IMG/VR virus record: IMGVR_UViG_3300036783_000170
Location: 10,501 to 74,500 of that record
Source: a virus
Lineage: Duplodnaviria; Caudoviricetes
Strand: one strand, 5' to 3'
DNA length: 64,000 nucleotides
In this document: piece after piece, positions 1 through 9,956 of the stretch
Numbering within the stretch: the stretch's first letter is position 1
Layout of the letters: each line of letters begins with the position of its first letter
Notes under the pieces: generated by a model
Databases searched by the model: none
What the model saw: the letters and a program-made list of their open reading frames with translations, nothing else
Told to the model about the DNA's origin: nothing
Made by a program: the position numbers and the translations under genes

Positions 1-77
1 CAGCGGGCCGGCGACACGTGCGACAACCCGTCGTGCGTGCGGCCGAGGCACCTGCGCCCCCGCGACTAGTAGTGATC

Positions 78-116
78 TTCTAAGGATCCTTGATATGCTC
101 CCTCGTAGCCAGAGAG
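78..116 (+). promoter_or_regulatory. Early-type promoter: dyad + -10 + GCCAGAGAG leader
   Basis: ttctAAGGATCCTTga, TATGCT (94-99), GCCAGAGAG (108-116), then GGAGG and ATG at 128. Confidence 0.7.
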
Positions 117-127
117 ACGGAGGCCCC

Positions 128-259
128 ATGGAAGGCCACTACTGCCCCGCGTGCGGGGAGGACGACCAGCGGGACCGGCTCGTGGTCGCGGGCACCTGGA
201 TCTGCGGCACCTGCTTCGAGGTCCACCCCCGCGAGCCCGACCTGGAGCCGGCGTCGTGA
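128..259 (+). CDS. 43-aa Zn-ribbon microprotein (not in ORF track)
   Basis: SD GGAGG; MEGHYCPACG...WICGTC; high GC3; GTGA overlap with the next ORF. Confidence 0.65.
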   Translation: MEGHYCPACGEDDQRDRLVVAGTWICGTCFEVHPREPDLEPAS

Positions 260-997
260 CCTCGCCCGACTACCCGTACACCATCTGGTCCGAGCCCTAC
301 CCGGGCGCCCAGCCCGAGCAGCTGGACCGGGACGGGCTGCGGTTCGTGGGCGAGTACTCGCGCCGCGAGCCCGCCCAGGCCGAGGCGCTAGAGCGCGCCC
401 GCCTGTACCGGGTCCGGCACGTCGTGAGGGACGAGCTGGGCATGACCATCAGCGAGCACCTACCCCCAGAGGAGAGCGAGTGAGCACCCTGTACCCGTAC
501 CGGGTCGTGCGGCCGGGCGACGAGGACGCGCCGTCCACGATCGTCAGCATCCAGCGCACCGAGCGCGAGGCCCGCGAGCAGGCCGACCGGCGCACCCGAG
601 CCACCCGCGTCGAGCACTACGTGCTGGATAGCTGCGGGCGCCGGTCCTACACCGCAGGGCTGGTGGCGTCGTGAGGTACCGAGTCGAGCGCCGCTCTCCC
701 GACGCCCGCGCCACCGTCAATGAGTCAGACACGTGGGCCGAGGCGGTAGAGAGTGCCCGACGGGTCGACGCTGCCATCGTCAGCTCAGACCCCGTCGTGG
801 TCGTAGACGTGCCGACGGGCGCTGTCGTATACGACACGCACGACGCACGTAACCCGGTAGAGGTAGGGATCGACCGCGTGGCGTGGATCGCCAAGGGCGA
901 CCAGTACTTCGCGCAGGCCGAGGCCGGTGACGGCCGGGAGTGGGTCATGGCCAACGCCATGCTGGCCGCCGCCGCGTACGCCAGGGCCGCGCTGTGA
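256..997 (+). CDS. Three coupled small hypothetical ORFs (256-483, 480-674, 671-997)
   Basis: Successive GTGA start/stop overlaps; GC3-rich frames. Confidence 0.6.
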
Positions 998-1869
998 CCG
1001 GCCGGCACCGCGCCGAGGACCCGCCGCGACCCTCGCTCCGGGAGCGGCTCCTGGCGGCCTTCACGATGACCGCCACGATGGTGTCGGTGGTGGCGCTCAG
1101 CTGGGCGCTGGCCCCCGTCAGGAAGGTCGACGCGGGCTCGCCAGTGGCGTCCGCCCCGCTGCCGTCGCTGGCCGACCCGGCGAAGAAGGAGATCGCGATG
1201 CAGCTGGTCTCCTCCGCCGAGAACAGCTCGCTGGACTGGCGCGCCCAGTACGGGTACATCGAGGACATCGGCGACGGTCGCGGGTACACCGGCGGGATCG
1301 TGGGCTTCTGCTCCGGCACCGGCGACATGCTGGCGCTGGTGCGGTACTACGGCACGATCGCCCCCAAGGCGGGCCTGCTGCGGTTCCTGCCGGCCCTGAA
1401 GAGGGTCGACGGCACCGCCAGCCACGCCGGCCTCGGGAGCGCGTTCGTCGCGTCCTGGAGGGCCTCGGCGGCCAACGCGGCCTTCCGGGCGGCCCAGGAC
1501 CACGAGCGGGACCGGGTCTACTTCAGCCCCGCCGTCTCCCAGGGGGTCGCGGACCACCTCGGCGTGCTGGGGCAGTTCATCTACTACGACGCGCTGGTGA
1601 TGCACGGGCCCGGCGCCGACCCGGACAGCTTCGGCGGGATCCGCGCGGCGGCGCTGAAGAAGCAGAAGAGCCCGGCGCAGGGCGGCGGCGAGGTCGCGTA
1701 CCTGGACGCATTCCTGGACGCGCGCAAGGCCGCCATGCTCCGCGAGGAGGCGCACTCCGACACCAGCCGGGTCGACACGGAGCAGCGGGTGTTCCTGCGG
1801 GCCGGCAACCTGGACCTGCACACGCCGCTGTCGTGGAGCACCTACGGTGACCGGTACGTGATCCGGTGA
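994..1869 (+). CDS. csn: GH46 chitosanase with N-terminal signal/anchor
   Basis: KKEIAMQLVSSAENSSLDWRAQYGYIEDIGDGRGYTGGIVGFCSGTGDML...ERDRVYF...YYDALVMHGPG...DTSRVDTEQRVFLRAGNLDL closely matches Streptomyces chitosanases as I recall them; catalytic Glu (SSAEN) and Asp (DGRG) present; start inferred from GTGA overlap. Confidence 0.93.
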   Translation: MTGRHRAEDPPRPSLRERLLAAFTMTATMVSVVALSWALAPVRKVDAGSPVASAPLPSLADPAKKEIAMQLVSSAENSSLDWRAQYGYIEDIGDGRGYTGGIVGFCSGTGDMLALVRYYGTIAPKAGLLRFLPALKRVDGTASHAGLGSAFVASWRASAANAAFRAAQDHERDRVYFSPAVSQGVADHLGVLGQFIYYDALVMHGPGADPDSFGGIRAAALKKQKSPAQGGGEVAYLDAFLDARKAAMLREEAHSDTSRVDTEQRVFLRAGNLDLHTPLSWSTYGDRYVIR

Positions 1870-2474
1870 GGGGGATCGTCGGCATGACCTTCAACGACGG
1901 GCGAACCCAGCAGCGGGAGATCGAGCGTGACCAGACGGTCAGGCAGTTGCTCGACGTGTCCAAGACGATCCACGAGCGCGAGTTGGCGCGTGAGTGGAGG
2001 CTCGGCTTGCTGACGGTCAAGAAGCTGCCCGCCTCGTCCATATCGATCCACCAGCGCGTCAAGGACCTGCTGCCGCTGCACGCCACCCCGGGCGCGGCGG
2101 CCAAGGAGCTGAGCCAGGGGCTTAAGGAGCTGGAGTACAAGGAGCTGCGTCGGCTAGAGGTCGCCGCGTACGAGGACGCCGAGGCGCACCTGGACGGCGT
2201 GTGCCCGATGTGGCGGTATGTCGAGGACGGCCAGCTCATCACCCGCAAGGAGGCGAGCTGGTGGCTGCTCAAGGCGCACCCGCAGCTCACGCGGGACGAC
2301 CTGATCTTCCTGTCGCTGCACCTGTGCATCACCGGCTGGGCGCTGCCGAGGGCGAAGGCGAAGAAGAAGCGGGTCGACTGGGAAGGTGTGGTACTGGGGA
2401 TCTTTGTGTTCGGCCTTCCGGGGCTCGGGCTCGCCCTCTTCCTCATCGCCGGGATCATGGGGTGGCACGGATGA
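1866..2474 (+). CDS. Hypothetical protein with C-terminal membrane segment
   Basis: Hydrophobic C-terminus GVVLGIFVFGLPGLGLALFLIAGIMG. Confidence 0.6.
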   Translation: MRGIVGMTFNDGRTQQREIERDQTVRQLLDVSKTIHERELAREWRLGLLTVKKLPASSISIHQRVKDLLPLHATPGAAAKELSQGLKELEYKELRRLEVAAYEDAEAHLDGVCPMWRYVEDGQLITRKEASWWLLKAHPQLTRDDLIFLSLHLCITGWALPRAKAKKKRVDWEGVVLGIFVFGLPGLGLALFLIAGIMGWHG

Positions 2475-4603
2475 GCGTCAACTGCGGGTTCTGCGGGAGG
2501 TTCGTCGACTCCACCTGGCGAGAGCAGTGGGGCTGCTTCGCGCACGAGACGACCACGTTCTGCCGGCGCTGCTTCGAGTACGCCCCGACTGACGACTACG
2601 AGGACCGGATGACTTGGGGCCGGCAGGCCGGGCTGATGACGGCCGACGAGGCGTCCCGGCACGTCGAGTTCCGAGCAGAGAGGACGCGATGACGACTATC
2701 GACTTGCACGCCCGCGTACTAGCTGAGATCGATCGGCTGATCTGGCTTGAGATGGACCGACGCGATACCTTCGGCATGGTCCCTAGCCCAGTGCCAGAGA
2801 GCCTGCGTGAGCGGGCCGAGAGGCACGCTCCCTATCCGATCGAACTGTTCGTAGTCGACTCAGTTGTCTGTGCGTATGACAAGAGCCTCGACAACTACGT
2901 GACGTGGCCGTGTCCGGATTACCTGTCTATCTGCCGCGAGATCGGGGTGACGCTGTGAGCGCGGACAACTTCGAAGGATTTGTCGGCCGCGAGTGCGGTG
3001 AGCATCGCACGACGGGTGAACGTGCCTGGTGTTTCGACTGCGGCGAGTGGTGCTACCCGGGTGCGCCATGCGTTCGCTGCTTGGTAGGCCCGTACAGAGA
3101 GCGGATCGAGCAGATGTGGATAGGGGTGCGGTCATGAGCCTGAACACCGGCAGTGCTCACCGCACCTGCATGGTCGAGGGCAAGCATGTCTGTCAGGAAC
3201 CGTCAGGCCGTACCTGCGTCGAGTCGGGCTGCGACCAGGACGCAGGTACGTGGTGGGGTCCGTACTGGTGCCCCGACTGCGATAAGGAGCGCCTGGATCG
3301 CATCTCCAGCTTACTCGACGAGATCGCCGCGAGCTTCGGGGAGACACCGTGATGGTCTGCGTTTTGTGCTGGGCCGGCAACTCCGACTGCATCCACTGCG
3401 TTCGAGGTGAAACGGTACCGATCGCTGATCTTGACGACGCAGTCACCATGCAACCTCCGATGACTGCGGATGGTCTCGACGACGGGGAGGACTAGCCGTG
3501 GTCTTTGATCATAAGTGCCCTACACGACATGATGACGAGATCTGCATTAAAGGCGAGGTCTACGGCTACTGCGAAACACCGACTTGCGGTGGGATGTGCG
3601 AGCCGACAAGAGCCTGTACCTGTGAGTGTCATCAGCCGATGCTTGCACCTAGCCAAGATTGGCCAACCGAGCCTGCGATAAGGGAACTTCTATGACTCTT
3701 GATCAGCGTGACACTGTCCGCCACACCCCGTTTGCGGACCTTGATGACGCCTACCTGCCGGATGACGACTGCCAGTCTTGTGGAGTCCCCGCGTCCGAGT
3801 GCGGCCACGTCCGACCAGAGCAAGACGCTGGGTACGAGTTCATCATCCAGAAGGGCTGGAGCAGATGACCGACGAGGCACCCATCGCACGGCCCGACCGC
3901 CGGCTCCAGGCGTGCGTGGAGCGCTGGTACGACGCCTACACCGGCGGCTTCGACCCGAGCTGCTGCCGGTTTCCCAAGAGCTGCTCGGCCGGCGTCTACC
4001 GCGACGACATCGATGAGTCCAAGCTGGAGGGAGGCGACGGATGAGCACCCCCTACGAGGCGTACCCTCACGAGTTCATCTCTGGAGAGCAGCTGAGTCGG
4101 TGCGATCGCTGTGATCTGAGGGAGACGGCGTTCGTGCACCAGTCGACCGCCATCTTGCATGCCCGCGTACTAGCCCGCATCGCCGAACTGGCGTCTGCGG
4201 CGACGAGTGGCAGCTATAGCGATAGCGGTGATGATTGGATCGCTAACCGACTCGCTGCTTCGTGGCGTGAGCGGGCAGAGAGGCACAAGCCGGTGACCGG
4301 CTGGAGCGGCCTGGTGTGCGGCTACTGCATGGAGACCTCTCCTGACTACGAGCTGGACGGCAGCAGCCCGGTCAACTCCGACGCGCCATGCGTCGAGCTG
4401 TGCGCTCTCTGCCGCGAGATCGAGGTGGGGCCGTGAGCGAGCCTATCTTTGATAACTGGCTGCACGACAACGCGCCCGGTCATGAGGTCTACGAGGGAAG
4501 CGAGTTCTCCGACACGTGGACTGGTCAGGAAGTCCGGGACGTGATGCGTTCCGCGTTCTGGGCTGGGTATCGCGCTGCGAAGGAAGAGGAGTTGGGGCAG
4601 TGA
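2471..4603 (+). CDS. Chain of ~10 small, mostly Cys-rich hypothetical ORFs including paralogs 2689-2958 and 4041-4436
   Basis: Overlapping start/stops; CxxC motifs; locally lower GC3. Confidence 0.55.
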
Positions 4604-5163
4604 GCATCGAGATGCCGTTGAGGGTCGGCGAGTTCACGCTGGACATCGTCGAGTTCGTCAGAGCGAGGCTGGATGAGAGGGAGGCGTGGGCTCGCGCCGC
4701 GTCGCATCCCTATCGCTACGCCATCGGCGACCCCGCTCCGCCCGTCGAGGGAGTGCACTGGCAGTGGGTCGCGGGCGGGGACTGGGAGCCAGTCACGCCC
4801 GACCCTGTCGTGGACGAGTTCGTCGGCGAGCAGGTCGACTCCAACGTCAACCTGGCCACTGTCGAGAGGTGGCCGACGAAGATCTTCCGTGAGATGCGCA
4901 AGACGTACGCAGGGTCGATCCAGGAGATGGATCCGTCGGCGGCCGGCCACATCCTCGCCAACGACCCCGCGTCCGTGTTGCGGGACATCGCGGCGAAGCG
5001 CGCCGTCGTGGACCTATGCGAGAAGCTCGCCCGGGCGGCTGCTATCAGGTGCGAGCCGGGCAGTCCCCTCGAGTCGATGTGGACCGCGTACGAGGAAGTG
5101 GCGAAGCAGTTCGCCGCGATCGATTCCGGTCACGCGGATTACCAAAAGGAGTGGGCACCATGA
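4600..5163 (+). CDS. DUF6221-like actinophage protein
   Basis: IVEFVRARLDEREAWARAA...DPASVLRDIAAKRAVV...HADYQKEWAP pattern. Confidence 0.75.
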   Translation: MSIEMPLRVGEFTLDIVEFVRARLDEREAWARAASHPYRYAIGDPAPPVEGVHWQWVAGGDWEPVTPDPVVDEFVGEQVDSNVNLATVERWPTKIFREMRKTYAGSIQEMDPSAAGHILANDPASVLRDIAAKRAVVDLCEKLARAAAIRCEPGSPLESMWTAYEEVAKQFAAIDSGHADYQKEWAP

Positions 5164-5456
5164 GTGAGCCTATCGGAGTCGTCGCGCACGCCGGCTACGT
5201 CTTCCTAGACGTCCCGGACGACTGCGGGTGCCTGACGTACGAGCAGACCATGCGGCTGATATGGAAGCTCCAGCGCGCCTCGGGGGAGGCCATCAAGCAC
5301 CAGCTGAGGGGCCTGGACGGGTCCACCCGATCGGCGGTCCAGATGCTGACCGGGTTCTCCGACGAGAAGCTCGAAGAGCTGGGAGGTGTCGAGGATGAGT
5401 GACGATAAGCGCCCATCGGGGTCGCCGTGGCTGGACTCTGCCGACATCGAGTAGGA

Positions 5457-5479
5457 GGCCGCCGCTATACGCGGCGGCC
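5457..5479 (+). terminator. GC hairpin, possible U-less terminator
   Basis: GGCCGCCGC-TATAC-GCGGCGGCC, perfect 9-bp stem after a short ORF. Confidence 0.4.
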
Positions 5480-5600
5480 CTGCGGTGCCTAGTACCAGCA
5501 GTGGAACAGGTGCAGGACTACGTGGACGTAGAGCATCAAGACACCCCCTCTCGCCCTCGGCGGGACGAACCGACCACAACCTACTCGTAAGGAGATCGAC

Positions 5601-7152
5601 ATGCCTCGCAGGACCGGCCAGCAGGAGGTCGCCAACAGCATCCGCCCGACGACCAGCGAGCGCCCGCCGCGCCCCGTGCAGCGGTCGTCCAAGGACCGCG
5701 AGCTGAACGAGCTGCGGGCGCGGGTGACGATGCTGGAGGAGGCCGTGGTGGCGGCCTGGGAGCTGTGGACGGACTCGATCACTAACCCGAGCTACCGCGC
5801 TTACTGCGCCGAGGCGCTGGGCGAGACGGTCGACGAGATCGTCGCCCGGCGCCCCGACGTACTCAACCAGCCGTGAGCCGCCTCGTGTTCGGCGAGCCGT
5901 ACTCCGGCCCGGCCACGGGCTCCTGCACCTACGAGGAGTGCGCGGAGCCGGCGGCCTACGTGGTCGAGTGGGCCGACGGCCCCTACCTGTCGGAGACGTG
6001 CGTGGAGCACGGCGCGCTGCTCCGGCGGAAGTACCCCGAGTACGTCGCGCGCATCCGCAGCTCCTGACCGAGACCCTTCTCCCCTAAGCAAACTTGTAGT
6101 AAGATCCCGCCATCGACCCTCGCCGCCAGAGAGGGGAAGCAACATGGCGGAGCCCTACAGCGCGCTTGAGCGTCTGGACTACCAGACCCCCATCCCGTGC
6201 TACTACATCGACATGTCTCGCAGGGACGACTGCGAGACTGTCGCGCACATGCTCGTCACCCGCGAGTGCTCCTCCGGCCATCGGCTGGAGAACCCGTACT
6301 GCGTCGTCCACGCCACCGCCATGACCGGCGACCCGAGGTGCTGCCTCGCCTGCGGAGGAATGACTCGCTGCGTCTACGTGCGGCCTGTCCCTCCGGACTA
6401 CTGGCCCGGTGAGGACCGGTGATCCTCCTCCAGCTCGTGCTCCGGGCGCTGCTCTCGTGGCTGCCCCAGGACGCCTACGATACCGGGGGCGATGATGACT
6501 GATCTCCTACCGCACACGGAGTGCTTCTGCTGCATCTGCATCGCCCACGAGACAGGGCCGTCGAGCAGCATCATGATCCGTGAGGCACGGTGCCCGGTAC
6601 ACGGCGACGAGCCGACCTCGTGTCCGGTGCACCGTCGGGTCGCGGCGTGAGCACCCCGCAGAGGGGGCTGGCGATCTGGGTGGTCGTGGTCCTGCTGGCC
6701 GCCGCAGTCGGGTGGCTCACCGCTAGGGCGCCGCAAGGAGCCTTGTTAGACTCCGAGTAGCCAGAGAGTGACCGAGGGGACACCGCGTGACTAGATCAAG
6801 AGATCTCAAGGCCGAGTACGGCGACGAGTGGAAGCTCTACGTCGAGGTGGGCGCCGACATGGCCGCCGACCTCGTCCGCAAGGGGCTCGCCTCCCGCTCC
6901 GACCGACCGTACGTGGTCGACGTGACCGACCGGATCGTCTCGGGCCGCTGGGTGCCGCTCGGCGAGGGCTCGTACGTGCTGAGCGACACCACGCAGAGCC
7001 GGCCGAAGGTCAAGGGCCAGCGCGCCCAGGTCGGGCTCGGCTGGTGGGTAGACGGCGCCATCACCCGTGAGCGAGGTGTCCACACCCTGTGGATCGAGGG
7101 GCTCCCGTACAGCGTCTTCAAGCGGTTCGTGCGGCTGACCGACGCCGCGTAG
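5601..7152 (+). CDS. Small hypothetical ORFs (5601-5876, 5873-6067, 6144-6422, 6787-7152 and others)
   Basis: SD motifs and GC3 bias; no recognisable family. Confidence 0.55.
6082..6133 (+). promoter_or_regulatory. Early-type promoter
   Basis: ccctAAGCAAACTTGTAG, TAAGAT (6100-6105), GCCAGAGAG (6125). Confidence 0.6.
6731..6768 (+). promoter_or_regulatory. Early-type promoter
   Basis: ccgcAAGGAGCCTTgt, TAGACT (6747), GCCAGAGAG (6760). Confidence 0.65.
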
Positions 7153-7220
7153 CACTACACACAGACCCCCGGGGGGCGAGCAGCCAAAGGGCCTCGCCCT
7201 CCGGATGTGCGCCTGGACTA

Positions 7221-7261
7221 CTATAGGGATCCTTGATAACATGGCCCCACACGCCAGAGAG
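7221..7261 (+). promoter_or_regulatory. Early-type promoter
   Basis: ctatAGGGATCCTTga, TAACAT (7237), GCCAGAGAG (7253); preceded by a GC hairpin at ~7171-7200. Confidence 0.7.
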
Positions 7262-7276
7262 ACGAAGGAGACTGTC

Positions 7277-8049
7277 ATGGAGGAGGACCGCATCGACGGG
7301 ATGCTCCGGGAGATCGAGGGCCAGTGGTACGTCCAGCAGAGCGCGCTCCGCGAGGAGCAGGCCGAGGACGAGACGCCGGTGCCGAGCGTCCTGGCCGCTA
7401 TGGTCTGGCCGATGATCATCATCACCTGCGGCGCGTTCTGGGTGCTGCTCCTCGGCTTCCTCCTGGGGCTGTTCTGATGGCCGACCGCAGGCCCGCCTTC
7501 CGGCGTGGGATGCCCCCGCAGGCCGTGTACTCGCCGCGCCCGCAGCGCCGGGTCGTCAGGGACGCCCAGTACGACGGCTGGTGCTACGCGTGTAGCGAGC
7601 ACATCGACGCGGGCGACCGGATCACCCCCAGTGACGAGGGCTGGGTGCACGAGGAGTGCGGCCGGGAAGAGCCCGCGCCGTCGACTCGTCAGATGGGCGA
7701 CTACCACAGCGCTCCGGAGTTCTAGCCCGACAGGAGGATCTTCATGACGGAAGACGAGCGCTGCGAGCTGACGGAGCTGCTTCGGTCGGAGTGCTCGCAC
7801 TGCCGGCCAAACCGGGCGATGGAGAGCCTCGCCAACCGGGTCAACCGCCCGTGGCGTCCACCTGAGCAGCACAAGAGCGGCGACGGCCCTCGGGGGCGAG
7901 GCCTCCCCTTCAAGGAGTGGCTGGACGACTGCTTCGAGGCCAAGATGCCCGATACCTGCGTGTCGTGCGGCGGCCGGATCGCCCCTGGTGATCGGGTACG
8001 GCGCGTCCTGGAGTACAACACGGGCGTCATCCATGGTGAGTGCCCGTAG
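7277..8049 (+). CDS. Three small ORFs: membrane protein 7277-7477 and Zn-binding proteins 7477-7725, 7744-8049
   Basis: TM segment; CYAC..HIDAGD and CVSCGGRIAPGD...HGEC motifs. Confidence 0.6.
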
Positions 8050-8108
8050 CGCAGTAAGGGGATAAGCTGGCAGGCGACCGCCACCAGCTTCCTTAGGAGT
8101 ACCGCAGG

Positions 8109-8984
8109 ATGACCGTGACCTTCCAGGGAGGCCGGCTGCGGCCGACCCCCACCAAGCCGCGCCTCTGGCTCTCCCGCCACCTCACGGGCGCGGTGCCGGC
8201 CCCGGCGACCGCCGACTGGCTCTCGAAGGTGCAGAGCTGGCCGATGGGCCACAACGACTCGTGCGGCGACTGCACGATAGCCACCGAGCAGCACGCCATC
8301 GAGATCGTATCGACGTACGGGCAGGGCAAGACGACCACCATCGGCGACGACGTGGTGCTCGCCAAGTACGAGGCCCTGTCCGGCTACGACCCGGCCACCG
8401 GCGCCAACGACACCGGGCTCGTGGTCCAGGACGTGCTGAACGACTGGGTCAAGAACGGGATCGGCGGCCACAAGGCCCTCGCCTTCGCCCAGGTCGACCT
8501 CTCCAACGCCGCCGAGGTCAAGGCCGCGATCGCCATCTTCGGCTGGGTGTACCTCGGCATCAACTTCCCCGCCTCCGCGATGGACCAGTTCAACGCGGGC
8601 AAGCCGTGGGACGTGGTCAAGGGCGCCAGGATCGAGGGCGGCCACGCCGTTCCTCTGGGCTACTACGACTCCAGCAAGTACAAGGCGGTGACCTGGGGGC
8701 GTCCGCAGGACATGACTCTCGCCTTCTTTCAGAAGTATGCAGAGGAGTGCTGGGCAGTGATCACGCCGGAGTGGCTCTCCACCGTCGGCACCAGCCCCAC
8801 CGGGCTCGACCTGTACGGCCTCGGCCAGGACCTGTCCAGCATCACCGGGAGGGCGAACCCGTTCCCGAAGCCTCAGCCGCAGCCGACTCCGTCTCCCACA
8901 CCCGCCCCGACCCCGAAGCCATCCGACCCGGACTCGGTGTTCGCCATGGCGGCCAAGGCGTGGCTGGCGGCCAAGCATTTTTAG
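8109..8984 (+). CDS. Papain-fold (C1-like) cysteine peptidase with Pro-rich tail
   Basis: MGHNDSCGDCTIA (catalytic Cys), GGHAVPLGYY (His), VTWG; PQPQPTPSPTPAPTPKP linker; SD TAGGAG. Confidence 0.75.
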   Translation: MTVTFQGGRLRPTPTKPRLWLSRHLTGAVPAPATADWLSKVQSWPMGHNDSCGDCTIATEQHAIEIVSTYGQGKTTTIGDDVVLAKYEALSGYDPATGANDTGLVVQDVLNDWVKNGIGGHKALAFAQVDLSNAAEVKAAIAIFGWVYLGINFPASAMDQFNAGKPWDVVKGARIEGGHAVPLGYYDSSKYKAVTWGRPQDMTLAFFQKYAEECWAVITPEWLSTVGTSPTGLDLYGLGQDLSSITGRANPFPKPQPQPTPSPTPAPTPKPSDPDSVFAMAAKAWLAAKHF

Positions 8985-9021
8985 GAGCCCTCTGGCGGTT
9001 GGTCACCGGCAGGGGGCGTAC

Positions 9022-9642
9022 GTGAGTAGGCCGACACCCGAGTTCGACTTCAGCGAGGCCAGCCAGGAGCGCGTCCAGGAGTCGGCGCTGGTGATGCACC
9101 TGGCGCTGGACCTGCGGCGTCTGGGCACCGACGAGGACGTGCTCTGGGCCCAGGAACTTACAAAAGAGATGCCGAGGTACGGCGACGCCGGCCCGTCCTG
9201 GTGGGCGGAGAAGGTGCAGGAGCGACTGGCGGAGATCGCCAGGAGGTAAGGCCGGCGGCGCTTGGTCAGTGGGTATCGAGAGATGCCTGGCCGCCGGCCT
9301 ACAAGGATCCTAGCAGAAGAGAGGGCTCGCGTGACACCAGAGGAGATGGCCCGAGAGCTGGGTCTCGTGCGGATCGCTCTCGGGCGCGTGTCGGTGTACG
9401 AGGGCATCACGGACGTGAGTCCCACCGTGATGATGGTGGACGACCTGGTCCGGAACTACGCCGAGCTGGAAGCTCGGATCGACGCCGCCATGATGGTCCT
9501 GACGGGCCTCAAGGGGCTCCAAGAGGCCCGGGGCGACTTCCTGCTCTACAACGACCTCACCGATGCGCTGGACTCCGTCTACGGCCTCCTGAGGGGCGGG
9601 ACGCGGGTACCTGACGACCCGTCCGCCCTCGACGGGGATTGA
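9022..9642 (+). CDS. Two hypothetical ORFs (9022-9249, 9331-9642)
   Basis: GC3 bias. Confidence 0.5.
9299..9316. promoter_or_regulatory. 18-bp dyad site
   Basis: CTACAAGGATCCTaGcAG, 16/18 match to the ideal palindrome. Confidence 0.6.
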
Positions 9643-9646
9643 CCAG

Positions 9647-9683
9647 CTACAAGGATTCTTGGTAGCATCCTCCTGCCGGAGAG
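9647..9683 (+). promoter_or_regulatory. Early-type promoter
   Basis: CTACAAGGATTCTTGg, TAGCAT (9663), GCCGGAGAG (9675). Confidence 0.7.
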
Positions 9684-9713
9684 CGAGTCACCCCCAGCAG
9701 GAGGAGTAAGCCT

Positions 9714-9956
9714 ATGTCTGATGTCCAGCGCACCGCCCAGGTGGAGGTCACCTGGGTCGAGTACCCGGACATGGGGTACATCCGGTTGACCACCCGAGAA
9801 GAAGCCATCGTCGAGGACGTGAGGGCCGTCTCCGTCCCTGGTGGCCAGATCATCCTGGACCTCGACAAGCACGGTCGACTCATCGGCATCGAGGTCATGA
9901 ACCCGTCTCAGGTGCTGCCAGCCGACCTGCTCGGTCGGTTATTGGCCGAGTCCTGA
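9714..9956 (+). CDS. DUF2283-like small protein
   Basis: DMGYIRL...IILDLDKHGRLIGIEVMNPSQVLP. Confidence 0.7.
   Translation: MSDVQRTAQVEVTWVEYPDMGYIRLTTREEAIVEDVRAVSVPGGQIILDLDKHGRLIGIEVMNPSQVLPADLLGRLLAES

Noticed and set aside
5395-5600. Structured ncRNA or tmRNA in this gap
   Set aside because: Only a 19-codon ORF and one hairpin; no tRNA-like ends or recognisable RNA motif.
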